Both the position numbers and the translations under genes were made by a program. DNA of 64,000 bases from Candidatus Thorarchaeota archaeon. GTDB lineage: Archaea > Asgardarchaeota > Thorarchaeia > Thorarchaeales > Thorarchaeaceae. Positions 1 to 9,145 of this stretch are shown piece by piece. Where the stretch lies: NCBI GenBank assembly GCA_046758445.1, contig JBHIAE010000003.1, positions 32,001 through 96,000 of the forward strand. The letters are read 5' to 3'. The stretch's first letter is position 1. Each line of letters opens with the position of its first letter. The notes under the pieces were generated by a model, which worked only from the letters and a program-made list of their open reading frames with translations, did not search any database and was not told where the DNA came from.

Positions 1-2
1 AC

Positions 3-485
3 ATGACTAGTCTGGCGCCTAGCGAGTTCCTCACACAGCTTGGACACACCTTGACTGACGAGGGGTCAATAGTATTCCAGGCGGCCCGGAACAGTGTCCC
101 CATAATCTCGCCTGGCCTAATGGACTCGATGCTGGGGCTTCATCTGTACACCTACAGCACAATGAAACGCTTCAGCCTCGACTTTGTGAAGGATTTGAGA
201 ATCCTTGGAGAACTTGTGACTGAGACAAAGAGGACGGGGGCCATAATGCTGGGAGGGGGGCTCACTAAGCACTTCACTATGGGGTCCACGATTCTCCGGG
301 GTGGTCTCGACATGGCTGTTCAAGTCACCCTCGACCGACCTGAGGGCGGCAGTCTGAGCGGTGCCCCCCTTGTTGAGGGAGTCTCCTGGCAGAAGGTGCA
401 GACAGGGGCCAAGTTTGAGACCGTAATCGGAGATGCCACCATTATCTTTCCGTTGATGGTGATTGGTGCTCTGAATGCACGATGA
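3..485 (+). CDS. dys: deoxyhypusine synthase family protein (C-terminal part, 5' truncated by window edge)
   Basis: GGGLTKH, GSLSGA and EGVSWQK (catalytic Lys motif, cf. EAxSWGK), GDATI. Confidence 0.88.
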   Translation: MTSLAPSEFLTQLGHTLTDEGSIVFQAARNSVPIISPGLMDSMLGLHLYTYSTMKRFSLDFVKDLRILGELVTETKRTGAIMLGGGLTKHFTMGSTILRGGLDMAVQVTLDRPEGGSLSGAPLVEGVSWQKVQTGAKFETVIGDATIIFPLMVIGALNAR

Positions 486-533
486 GTAGTCTGGGAATTG
501 GCACGTTCTCTGCCAAGGCTCACTCGGAATAGT

Positions 534-761
534 CTACGAACGTGCAATCACAATCAGTCCGATCAGAGCCAGCAATGCACCCAAGTAGAGATGGTCCAAG
601 TGAAAGCCAGAAATGACTATGGGCTGGAAGTCAGGTAGCCAATGGAGCCACTCTGTTCCGGGAACGAAGTGATGGAGATCATCAAGGAAGATTGCAGCTC
701 CGATGATGAACATCAGCGCACCAGCTGCGAGTCTGCCACTGCTTCTCGAAATGTCAGTCAC
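534..761 (-). CDS. small 2-TM membrane protein, His-rich loop
   Basis: Two hydrophobic helices flanking DDLHH...HLDH; GGAGGAG SD-like sequence upstream of ATG. Confidence 0.6.
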   Translation of the reverse strand: MTDISRSSGRLAAGALMFIIGAAIFLDDLHHFVPGTEWLHWLPDFQPIVISGFHLDHLYLGALLALIGLIVIARS

Positions 762-889
762 TCTCCTCCGTCATTGGTTACACGACGGTCTACAATCATA
801 CTGAATAACGGTGGGCTATCAATCATTGCATTTGGACGGCACCCATTTTGGACCCAATGACGTTACCGAACACTTATCTTGACACCTGG

Positions 890-903
890 TTAACAAATGT
901 TAA
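890..903. promoter_or_regulatory. palindromic candidate operator upstream of VOC gene
   Basis: TTAACA-AA-TGTTAA, about 25 nt upstream of ATG 929. Confidence 0.35.
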
Positions 904-928
904 TTCGTATATCGAGAGGATGATTCGA

Positions 929-1330
929 ATGACAGACAAATATCCAGTGCCATACAAGAAAGACCAGGTGTACTTCCAGTATGATGTGAAGGACTTCAAT
1001 AGAGCCAAGAAGTTCTACGAGGAAGTTCTGGGATTTGAGAAGACCTGGGACGGCGGTGAGGAAGCCGGGTGGGTAGAGTTCGCCCTGCCAGTTGGCGGCG
1101 CAAGAGTGGGCCTAAACCTCAAGCGTGAAGGCGAGATAGACCGTGGTTCAGGGACTCTGACGCTTGTAGTAGAAGACCTTGACGTGACAAAGAACTACTT
1201 TGGGACCAAGGGCGTTGAAGCAAGTGACATTGTGGACATTCCAGACATGGTGTCATACTTTGATATCGAGGATACCGAAGGAAACCCAATTCAGGTTGTT
1301 TCTGATCCGAGAGTGAAGAGTGAGAAGTAG
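929..1330 (+). CDS. VOC/glyoxalase-bleomycin resistance family protein
   Basis: VKDFNRAKKFYEEVLGF, WVEF, FDIEDTEGNPIQV; start moved to ATG 929 after GAGGA. Confidence 0.85.
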   Translation: MTDKYPVPYKKDQVYFQYDVKDFNRAKKFYEEVLGFEKTWDGGEEAGWVEFALPVGGARVGLNLKREGEIDRGSGTLTLVVEDLDVTKNYFGTKGVEASDIVDIPDMVSYFDIEDTEGNPIQVVSDPRVKSEK

Positions 1331-1476
1331 GTACAGGCAATACTAAGGGGATGAACCACTGATTCTATACTTCAGAGTTCTCTCATTAAATTCCTAGTTA
1401 GAGCTCTGTTCGAGAAGCTGAATGTAGGACGGAAGGCATTTGAGAGAGGGTAACCCTCATACAAATGTGACCTGTC

Positions 1477-1974
1477 ATGAATGCCAAGCAGTCTGGCAAC
1501 ATCATAGCTAAGGCCCTGGAAGCACAATACACAGGAAGCCTGAATATGCTCCAAGCTGCAATTGCAGCTGTCCCAGACGAGAGATGGCACGCAGGAGTGG
1601 GGGCGTGGTTCTACTCTTACAACGTCTACCATACCATCGAGGCCGTCCAGTTCTATCTTGGTAGCGATCCAGATGCCATGAAGTGGGGGGCAAGAGCTGG
1701 ATTTGAGTGGAGCCCTGATACGAATATAGAGAAAGACGTTCTACCAAAGCTGAACAAGAAACTAGTGAATTCCCATATGCTGGAGGTCCGCCAGAAGCTG
1801 TCAGATATACTGAAAGCGATGAGGGATGAGGAGTTCTTTGAAGTCGATGGCTTCTATTGGGTTGACTCCATCTTTGAGAAACTAGTATATTGTCTTCGTC
1901 ACACTGCTCATCATGTAGGGGAGCTTTGCAGAGCTCTTAGAGAATGGGGCTTGGAGCCTGTGAAGTGGTCCTAG
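1477..1974 (+). CDS. DinB/YfiT family four-helix protein
   Basis: VYHT near N-terminus and RHTAHHVGEL His-triad motif. Confidence 0.8.
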   Translation: MNAKQSGNIIAKALEAQYTGSLNMLQAAIAAVPDERWHAGVGAWFYSYNVYHTIEAVQFYLGSDPDAMKWGARAGFEWSPDTNIEKDVLPKLNKKLVNSHMLEVRQKLSDILKAMRDEEFFEVDGFYWVDSIFEKLVYCLRHTAHHVGELCRALREWGLEPVKWS

Positions 1975-2034
1975 TTGAGGTATTCCGAAGGAAGAGTTCA
2001 AGCAGAACTACGAAAAGAGAGTGGTCGTATACCC

Positions 2035-2166
2035 ATGGAAAGCAGATTGAAATGTCCTGTGTGTAAGAGCACGGAGATTAGTAGGGAGATGTATCATGGG
2101 GCCTTTGGCATCAGGGCTCGCTTTGTCTATTACTGCAGGAAGTGTGGGAATCAATGGGAAGAGTGA
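2035..2166 (+). CDS. zinc-ribbon microprotein (43 aa)
   Basis: CPVC...YYCRKCGNQWEE. Confidence 0.65.
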   Translation: MESRLKCPVCKSTEISREMYHGAFGIRARFVYYCRKCGNQWEE

Positions 2167-2276
2167 CTGCGACACAAAGTGTTGGAGAACCCATGCCATA
2201 ATCCTTTTATTCGTTGCAAAGGGCTCTCGGGTGAATCTGGCCACATGTTAGGCCATCGACCAGTCAGGTGAGCAAA

Positions 2277-2816
2277 ATGGGAAAGCGACCAGGTCATTGC
2301 TATCGCGAGGCGGATAGGCCGCCATTCGTAAGACGTCGGTACATTCATCGTCAGCCAGCCAGCCGGATAGTCAGCTTTGACATGGGCAACGCTGGCGGTG
2401 AGTTTGATGTGGAGCTCTCTCTAGTCGGACTTGAGAGGTGCCAGATTCGACATCAGGCCCTGGAAGCAGCCCGAATTGCCTCTAATCGGCATATGACCAA
2501 GACAGTTGGCCGGAAGAACTACCACCTGAGAATCCGAGTAAAGCCATACCATTACCTCCGAGAGAACAAGATGATATCCGGAGCGGGTGCGGACCGTGTT
2601 CAGGACGGCATGAGAAAGGCATTCGGCAAGGTCATCGGTGTGGCAGCCAGAGTGAGGCCTAATCAAGCGCTTATCACCATTCGGACCAACAAAGAGAACA
2701 TCAAACAGGCAATGAGGGCACTGAAGAAGGCTGCGCCCAAGATGCCCACACCCTGCAAGGTGAATTTCGATAGGATAGACCCTGAGCTGAAAAAGAAGCT
2801 TGGCTATGGCGCCTAG
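2277..2816 (+). CDS. rpl10e: 50S ribosomal protein uL16 (L10e)
   Basis: RPGHCYR, QIRHQALEAARI, RENKMISGAGADRVQDGMRKAFGK. Confidence 0.97.
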   Translation: MGKRPGHCYREADRPPFVRRRYIHRQPASRIVSFDMGNAGGEFDVELSLVGLERCQIRHQALEAARIASNRHMTKTVGRKNYHLRIRVKPYHYLRENKMISGAGADRVQDGMRKAFGKVIGVAARVRPNQALITIRTNKENIKQAMRALKKAAPKMPTPCKVNFDRIDPELKKKLGYGA

Positions 2817-3553
2817 TCCTCGATATTTCTCTTCATCAAGTTTCTCAGCTTTCTTACGACTCCCGTGAGTGTCGCCACTTCACGTCCGGTCATATACGCC
2901 CTGCCCAGAAGATTTCTGAAGACCTGCCTAGCAATCGGCTTTCTGTAATCCTTGATATCTAGCTCATCTACGACCTCATCGAAGAACTTGTAGACAATCT
3001 CTCTTTCCTCTCGAGTGGCTGGTTTGGCTTCAGTAGCCTCTGGAGGCTCCACAGGTGCGAACTTCCTGAATAGCTCGTACAGTGTAACAGCAACAGCATG
3101 GCTGAGGTTTAAGCTCGGATATCCTTTGGACACCGGTATTGTGAATACGAGGTCGCAGAGAGAAACCTCCTGATTTGTCAATCCAGCATCTTCTCTTCCA
3201 AATACTAGTGCTACACGGCCAGACACAGAACGCGGATCAGGGAGTTCTTGGAGCGGCACAGCAGCCCTTGTTACACTGTGATTCCGACCCACTCTTGCTG
3301 TAGCAGCCCATGATGCATGCATATCCCCTAGAGCTGACTCAAGATCTGTAAAGACTCCTGCTGACTCCAGAATCTCAAATGCACGTACAGAGAACATTCG
3401 AGCGTGTTCGTCGTTTCGGGAATCCTCTCCCACGATTCTAAGGGCGTTCACGCCGAAATTGGCCAGAACTCTCGCTGCGAAACCGACGTTTCCTGGATTT
3501 CTCGGCTCTACTAGGACTACCGTGAGGTTCGACAGCTCGCTCAACATGACCAC
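2813..3553 (-). CDS. trmJ: TrmJ/TrmH family SPOUT RNA methyltransferase
   Basis: VLVEPRNPGNVG, LVFGREDAGLTNQE, YPSLNLSHAV. Confidence 0.9.
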   Translation of the reverse strand: MVMLSELSNLTVVLVEPRNPGNVGFAARVLANFGVNALRIVGEDSRNDEHARMFSVRAFEILESAGVFTDLESALGDMHASWAATARVGRNHSVTRAAVPLQELPDPRSVSGRVALVFGREDAGLTNQEVSLCDLVFTIPVSKGYPSLNLSHAVAVTLYELFRKFAPVEPPEATEAKPATREEREIVYKFFDEVVDELDIKDYRKPIARQVFRNLLGRAYMTGREVATLTGVVRKLRNLMKRNIED

Positions 3554-3562
3554 CTACGAGAT

Positions 3563-4741
3563 CTACCTGTGCATAAGCTGAAGCACATCTCCATCTTGAA
3601 GCGGATAGTTGAGTCCGACCTGCCTGCGCTTTACCTTGTCGTGTTGACGATATATCACTGCGGCCCGAAACTTCTCCACAAACAGCTCTTTGTGAACCTT
3701 GGCCGCAGCATCCTCGACAACAGAGCCCTCAGGCAAGACGATGGGTTTGTCCTCTTGTTTCTTTCCGGGAATCTTGGTGTAGACTCTAAGGATGTCAAGA
3801 TGACCGTACAGAGCCCACATCATTCCGTCCAAGTTTTCCCCTCTCTCTGCGGAAACTGGGATGATGTCGAAACGTTCTCCATACTTCTTTTCAAGTTCCT
3901 CAAATCGCCCCTCAGAACCTGGGACATCGCCCTTTGTGGCTATTATTAGGGCGCGCACATAGGCCACGCTGGCATCCATGGCGTCCATGAGATGTTTTAG
4001 CGTTGCAGGTCTTTGGAAACGTACAATGATGTTGGATACCCTACTCGCTCTCAGATACTCGCGGACCTCTTCTATATCACCCTGATAGTGCTGCGCACCG
4101 TAGATCATATGGCCGCCAAGACCAACTCGCTCAATTCTGACTGCGCTCTGCTCTCTGTTCAATCGGATTCTCGTGCTATCCAATTCACCGAGTATGACAC
4201 CCATCTGGGAGTCGATGTCTTGCGACAGATCGATGACAAGTGCGATACAATCAGTGGTACGTGCGACTGCTAATGCCTGCCTCCCTATTCCGGCCTCATG
4301 ACTCCCTTCGAACAGTCCTGGAATCTCAACCAGTTGAATGTTGATGTCTTCCAAAGTCAGCATTGCTGGTGTCGGAATTGCAGTCGTGAAGGGATAGTCG
4401 CCAACATCAAACTCTGCATTAGTCACTGCGTTGATCAAGGTCGATTTTCCACTGTTTGTTACACCAATGAGACAGACCTGCCCCGCACCCTCCTTGCGTA
4501 TCACACCCTCCTCGGAGGCTCTTGCTCTGCTGCGAGTTCGTTCCTGCTCCTTCTGTTTCTCAAGCTTTGCCTTCAGCTGAGCAAGCTTCTTCCTATAGTC
4601 GCCAACCATGCGTTCTGCACCCTTATGTCTTGGAGCTAAGGAGAGCAGTTTCTCCAATTCCACGATCCGCTGCGCCAAGTCTTCGGTGTCCTCGTAGATT
4701 TGTCTCTGTTTGTCGAACTCAGGAGATACATTGGTCGGCAA
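3563..4741 (-). CDS. DRG/RBG-like OBG-family GTPase with C-terminal TGS domain
   Basis: PRHKGAE, GVTNSGKST, YPFTT, RVYTK, LQDGDVL; TTG start. Confidence 0.9.
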   Translation of the reverse strand: MPTNVSPEFDKQRQIYEDTEDLAQRIVELEKLLSLAPRHKGAERMVGDYRKKLAQLKAKLEKQKEQERTRSRARASEEGVIRKEGAGQVCLIGVTNSGKSTLINAVTNAEFDVGDYPFTTAIPTPAMLTLEDINIQLVEIPGLFEGSHEAGIGRQALAVARTTDCIALVIDLSQDIDSQMGVILGELDSTRIRLNREQSAVRIERVGLGGHMIYGAQHYQGDIEEVREYLRASRVSNIIVRFQRPATLKHLMDAMDASVAYVRALIIATKGDVPGSEGRFEELEKKYGERFDIIPVSAERGENLDGMMWALYGHLDILRVYTKIPGKKQEDKPIVLPEGSVVEDAAAKVHKELFVEKFRAAVIYRQHDKVKRRQVGLNYPLQDGDVLQLMHR

Positions 4742-4802
4742 AGCGGGCTACATCCACATACTAGGTTTCTGTTTCGTTGTCCCTTCTGAAGACTGTCATT
4801 AT

Positions 4803-6097
4803 GAAGGTTTTCAAAAGGACCACAAACATCAGCGAATGTGTGATTGATTCTTCTTGCGCGTTGTGGATATATACGCTCAACAACCACATCACAATATGCT
4901 GAGAACCTACGTGTATCGATTGTACCCGAATAAACGTCAACGAAACCTGATTCGCAAGAACGTCGATGCCTGTAGGTTTGTATACAATTGGGCATTGGAG
5001 CAAAAGGTGACAGTCTACGAGGATGGAAAGAGATCCCTATCCTGGTTTGACCTGAATAAGATGCTCCGAAAGCTCAAAACTGAGGAAACCTGGCTCAAGG
5101 AAGCATACTCTCAATCACTGCAGCAGGCTGTCAGGCGTGTCGACCTAGCCTTTAGACATTTCTTTCGGAGATTGGAGAATGGAGAAACGCCTGGTTTCCC
5201 ACGATTCAAATCTAAGAGAATCCTTCGACAGTCCTTTGACATCCCTCAGTTTTTCCAGGTGGAACCGTCAAAGAACAGAGTGAAACTTCCTAAGATTGGA
5301 CGTTTGAAAGCAGTCCTCCATCGTCAGTTTGAAGGACAGGTCAAGTGTGCTACAGTCACAATGACAAGCACAAGAAAGTACTTCATTCACATTGTAGTCG
5401 ACACAGACGATGACCTTCCTCAGAAGTCACGGATTCATTCGGGAAACACAGTTGGCATGGACCTTGGTTTCCTTAGCTATGCTACTCTGTCGACTGGAGA
5501 GAAAATCGAAAACCCCCGACATCTCGAGAGGTCAATTCAACGGTTGAGAATACTCCAGCGAAGACTCGGTCGGAAACAGTAGGGCTCAAAGAACCATGAA
5601 ACAGAGAGATTGCGAGTTGCTCGTCTTCATGAGAGAGTCCGAAACCAACGCCTTGACTTCCAACATAAGCTCTCCACAAGATTGGTGCGCGAGAACCAAG
5701 GCATCGCAGTAGAGAGTCTGAATGTATCAGGAATGATAAGGAATCGTCTACTCGCTCGAAGCATATCCGATGTTGCATGGTCGTCCTTCCTACGAATATT
5801 AGAGTACAAGTCAAAGTGGATGGGAACGACTCTCATGACAGTGGGACGCTTCGAGCCCACATCAAAAGTCTGCAGCACGTGTGGCCACAGAAACAACAGC
5901 CTCACACTATCAGATCGTGAGTGGGCTTGTCCGGAATGCGGGAGTTCCCATGATAGAGATGCCAATGCAGCTATGAATATCAAGCAAATAGGACTACAAA
6001 CAGTTACACCCCGGGTACCGGGGGAAGTGCCTGTAGACCCGTCCCAGAGGGAGGGGATGAAGCAGGAAGCCACTGACCAAGGTCAGTGACAGTTCAC
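4803..6097 (+). mobile_element. tnpB-only IS200/IS605-family (IS1341-like) element
   Basis: tnpB; right-end hairpin CACTGACC-AA-GGTCAGTG (6071-6088) followed by terminal TTCAC (6097); left end uncertain, placed after TTAT at 4802; no tnpA. Confidence 0.75.
4896..6089 (+). pseudogene. tnpB: RNA-guided endonuclease TnpB interrupted by in-frame TAG at 5580-5582
   Basis: YRLYPN, GFPRFKSK, RuvC motifs GMDLG / VESL / DRDANAAMNI, zinc finger CSTCG..CPECG; ORFs 4854..5582 and 5610..6089 share a frame separated by one stop. Confidence 0.9.
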
Positions 6098-6113
6098 GAA
6101 GGTTTCTTCTTGT
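5990..6113 (+). ncRNA. predicted TnpB omegaRNA (reRNA): scaffold overlapping tnpB 3' end plus guide from 6098
   Basis: GC-rich hairpins at end of tnpB, GAAGCAGGAAGCC-hairpin-TTCAC end typical of IS605 right ends; 5' boundary approximate. Confidence 0.55.
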
Positions 6114-6118
6114 TCCAT

Positions 6119-6697
6119 CTATGCTCTATCGGCGGCGAAGTTGATGTCCAGAATAAAGCGTTCAGGATGGGTCGGTCTAGGCAAATAGATGGGCGGCCGA
6201 CCTGAGAGGTCTTCCATCATCTCTCCTTGCTCCACAGCGTACACAAACAGCCCTGACAAGGCACTAGTTTGCTCTTGACCTTGGTCAATGTCGTCAGCTG
6301 CAAGGTAGATATCAGACTCGGGCCAGAGCGCCAACAAATCCATCAGGTCTACTCTTCTAATCTCTATTCCATTGTCCATCTTCCTTGATTCACCAAGAGA
6401 TAGACTCTCCAAGGCCCGGGCTGCCTTTAGCAGGAAGAAGGAGATTGAACGTTCATCCGGGGAAACACGCTTTAGCGTAGCACCCGGGAATGTTATCACC
6501 TGAAGGTCCCTAGAGTCCCCATAGGCAATACTAACTTCTACATTCCTTCGCAAGTCACCAGAGATGAATAGTCCTACATTGATACATCGACATGCAACAA
6601 TGACCTGCCAAACATTGTTTCCAGCCTTCACCTGACTCTCTTCTATTGGAAACTGGTTGAAAAGGAGCAAGAACCGACGATATGACATCGTGGGCAC
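6119..6697 (-). CDS. trmY: TrmY-like tRNA (pseudouridine54-N1)-methyltransferase, divergent
   Basis: CRCINVGLFISGDLRRNV and PDERSI motifs; directly downstream of srp54. Confidence 0.65.
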   Translation of the reverse strand: MPTMSYRRFLLLFNQFPIEESQVKAGNNVWQVIVACRCINVGLFISGDLRRNVEVSIAYGDSRDLQVITFPGATLKRVSPDERSISFFLLKAARALESLSLGESRKMDNGIEIRRVDLMDLLALWPESDIYLAADDIDQGQEQTSALSGLFVYAVEQGEMMEDLSGRPPIYLPRPTHPERFILDINFAADRA

Positions 6698-6711
6698 TCT
6701 CAGCGAAACGA

Positions 6712-8055
6712 CTATGTTCCTGGAAGTCCCGGTAGCCCAGGGATTCCACCACGTCTGCCTCGACGCTGCTTCCCAAACTGCTTCATCATCTTCTGCATCT
6801 GTTGGTGTTGCTTTAGTAGATCGCGCACGTCACGACGGCTTGTTCCTGAGCCTCGAGCAATGCGTTGAATCCTGGAAGACTTGATGGTCTTCGGATTGTC
6901 GAGCTCGCTCTTGGTCATCGAACTCATAATGACTTCCCAGCGCTTCATGTTCTCTTCCTGAATCTGCGCCATCTCATCCGGGAGCTTGTACTGAAGGCCT
7001 AACATCTCCATGACCTTCCCAATCGGTCCCATCTTCTTCAGTTGTCTAAGCTGTGCCATCATGTCATTCAGTGAGAACTGCCCCTTCATGAAACGCATAG
7101 TGGCATCTTCATCGACCTCAATCTGTGCCTCTCTGACCTTCTCAATGAGGCCCTTTATGTCTGACATGCCCAACAATCGGCCGGCGAACCGCGTTGGATT
7201 GAAGGGTTCGACTGCATCCATTGATTCGCCAATTCCAATGAACTTGACAGGAGCACCGGTTGCAGCCACTGCAGACAGTGCTCCTCCTCCTTTTGCACTT
7301 CCGTCAAGCTTTGTTACAATTATAGACCCGATGTCTGTGGCCTTCCTGAATGCTGCAGCCTGCGTTCCAGCTTGTTGACCAAGAGTTCCATCAACCACGA
7401 GCACAATCTCTTGGGGCTTCACGGCCTTGGAGATGTCCCGCATTTCCTTTATGAGGCCAGTTTCCTCGCGATGTCTTCCCGAGGTGTCGAGAAGAATAAG
7501 CTCGATGCCCTTCTTCTTCATGTCACTAACGCCTTTCTTCGCCAACTTGACAGCGTCTTTTTCATCCTCGTCGCCCCAGAAGGGCACATTGGAACGCTCG
7601 GCCAACTGTTTGAGTTGGCTGTAGGCACCTGGACGGAAATTGTCAGCACAGATGACACCAGTCTTGATGCCTCTCTTCTGGTAGTATCGAGCCAGCTTCC
7701 CGATGGTCGTTGTCTTCCCGGAGCCCTGAATTCCAACCATCATCAAAAGATTGGGCTTCCCTGGTTTGATTTCAAGTGGAACGGTCGTTTCACCCAAGAA
7801 GTGTGCAAGCGTGTCCCAGACGACTTTGACTATATGTTCTCGCCTAGAGATGCCTCTGGGCAGCGACTCATCAAGCGCTTGTTCTTCCACTCTCTCTGTT
7901 ATGGCCATTACAAGATTGACGTCCACGTCGGCCACCAATAACGCACGTTGAATGTCCTTTGTAAGCTCCTTTACAAGCTCTTCATCTATTACGCTCGCAC
8001 CGAATAATCTCTTCAGAGCAGAGTTGAGTGCCTTTCCTAGACCTTCCAAGACCAA
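6712..8055 (-). CDS. srp54: signal recognition particle protein Srp54
   Basis: GIQGSGKTTT, DTSGRH, TKLDGSAKGGGALS, Met-rich M domain with RIARGSG. Confidence 0.97.
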   Translation of the reverse strand: MVLEGLGKALNSALKRLFGASVIDEELVKELTKDIQRALLVADVDVNLVMAITERVEEQALDESLPRGISRREHIVKVVWDTLAHFLGETTVPLEIKPGKPNLLMMVGIQGSGKTTTIGKLARYYQKRGIKTGVICADNFRPGAYSQLKQLAERSNVPFWGDEDEKDAVKLAKKGVSDMKKKGIELILLDTSGRHREETGLIKEMRDISKAVKPQEIVLVVDGTLGQQAGTQAAAFRKATDIGSIIVTKLDGSAKGGGALSAVAATGAPVKFIGIGESMDAVEPFNPTRFAGRLLGMSDIKGLIEKVREAQIEVDEDATMRFMKGQFSLNDMMAQLRQLKKMGPIGKVMEMLGLQYKLPDEMAQIQEENMKRWEVIMSSMTKSELDNPKTIKSSRIQRIARGSGTSRRDVRDLLKQHQQMQKMMKQFGKQRRGRRGGIPGLPGLPGT

Positions 8056-8191
8056 TTCGATTCACCGTCTTGCTGGGTGCCGTCTGGGAGTTCTCCATAT
8101 CAACCTTCGCCTTGAGATACAGCGATTGAAGTTTAAGCAACGGGAAGGAATAAAACGGAACGGCCTGACAGGCAACTCCCAGATGATATAG

Positions 8192-8677
8192 ATGAGCAAG
8201 AGGAAGAAGTACGAAGGCATTCGGGTCGTGAAGATATCAGACGGGACCGTCATCGACCACATACGAGCCGGACATGCACTTGAAGTCCTCCAGATTCTAG
8301 GAATCACAGGGAGGGAGGACAACATCATCACTCTGGCGATGAATATCTCAAGTTCGAAGATTGGCCGCAAAGACATAGTGAAGCTTGAGAATCGTTCTCT
8401 TGAGGATCATGAGGTAGCTCGAATTGCACTTGTGGCACCGGATGCGACACTGAATCTCATCAAATCTGGCAAGGTAACGAAGAAGACACGGGTAAAGCTT
8501 CCCGACACAATCACTGATGTCATCATCTGTCCAAACCAGCGGTGCGTTACAAACAAAGAACGAGAGCCAATCGCACCGAAGTATGAGGTCGTTGCTCGAA
8601 CTCCTACCACTCTCAAATGCTTATACTGCTGGACTCTTGTTGATGAAGAGGACATTGTTGCCCAGTTCGCTGAGTGA
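8192..8677 (+). CDS. pyrI: aspartate carbamoyltransferase regulatory subunit
   Basis: GTVIDHI, KDIVKLE, CPNQRC...CLYC. Confidence 0.95.
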   Translation: MSKRKKYEGIRVVKISDGTVIDHIRAGHALEVLQILGITGREDNIITLAMNISSSKIGRKDIVKLENRSLEDHEVARIALVAPDATLNLIKSGKVTKKTRVKLPDTITDVIICPNQRCVTNKEREPIAPKYEVVARTPTTLKCLYCWTLVDEEDIVAQFAE

Positions 8678-8796
8678 ACATGAGCAGTTCAGAGCAGAGA
8701 GGTCGAATGAAAACCTTAATTTGATGGACACTTGAAGCAGGCTCCAACCAGAATCGAGGTTTGAGCCTCCAGAGTCAAAGTGACGTGAAACAACAT

Positions 8797-9120
8797 ATGG
8801 TCGGCAACAAGATTGTTGTAATTGGGGACCGAGATACGGTCACTGGCTTCCAGATGGTTGGAGTGAAGGACTGTTCAGTCCCGAGCTCTCCAGAGGAAAC
8901 AGTCAAGTCGCTGACTAGGTTCTTCAGAAACCCCGACACGGGACTCATTCTCATCACAGAACCCCTTGCCAAAACTGTGGAAGACACGATCCTTGAGCTC
9001 TCTGAGGCTCCAGTTCCAGTGGTCCTGCTGATTCCCGACAGAAACGGAACAACCGGGGCTTACGACGAAGTTCTACGGGAGCTCATTCGAAAAGCTGTAG
9101 GTATCGAGATTAAGGTCTGA
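8797..9120 (+). CDS. atpF: A/V-type ATP synthase subunit F
   Basis: IVVIGDRDTVTGFQMVGV, IRKAVGIEI. Confidence 0.92.
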   Translation: MVGNKIVVIGDRDTVTGFQMVGVKDCSVPSSPEETVKSLTRFFRNPDTGLILITEPLAKTVEDTILELSEAPVPVVLLIPDRNGTTGAYDEVLRELIRKAVGIEIKV

Positions 9121-9145
9121 CGTTACATTGATGGAGTGAACAAAG

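Noticed and set aside
5580-5582. Pyrrolysine or other readthrough of the tnpB amber codon
   Set aside because: TAG is the ordinary stop of many intact genes here (VOC, DinB, rpl10e, atpB, deoC, eif1a) and no pyl genes are in the window; a nonsense mutation is simpler
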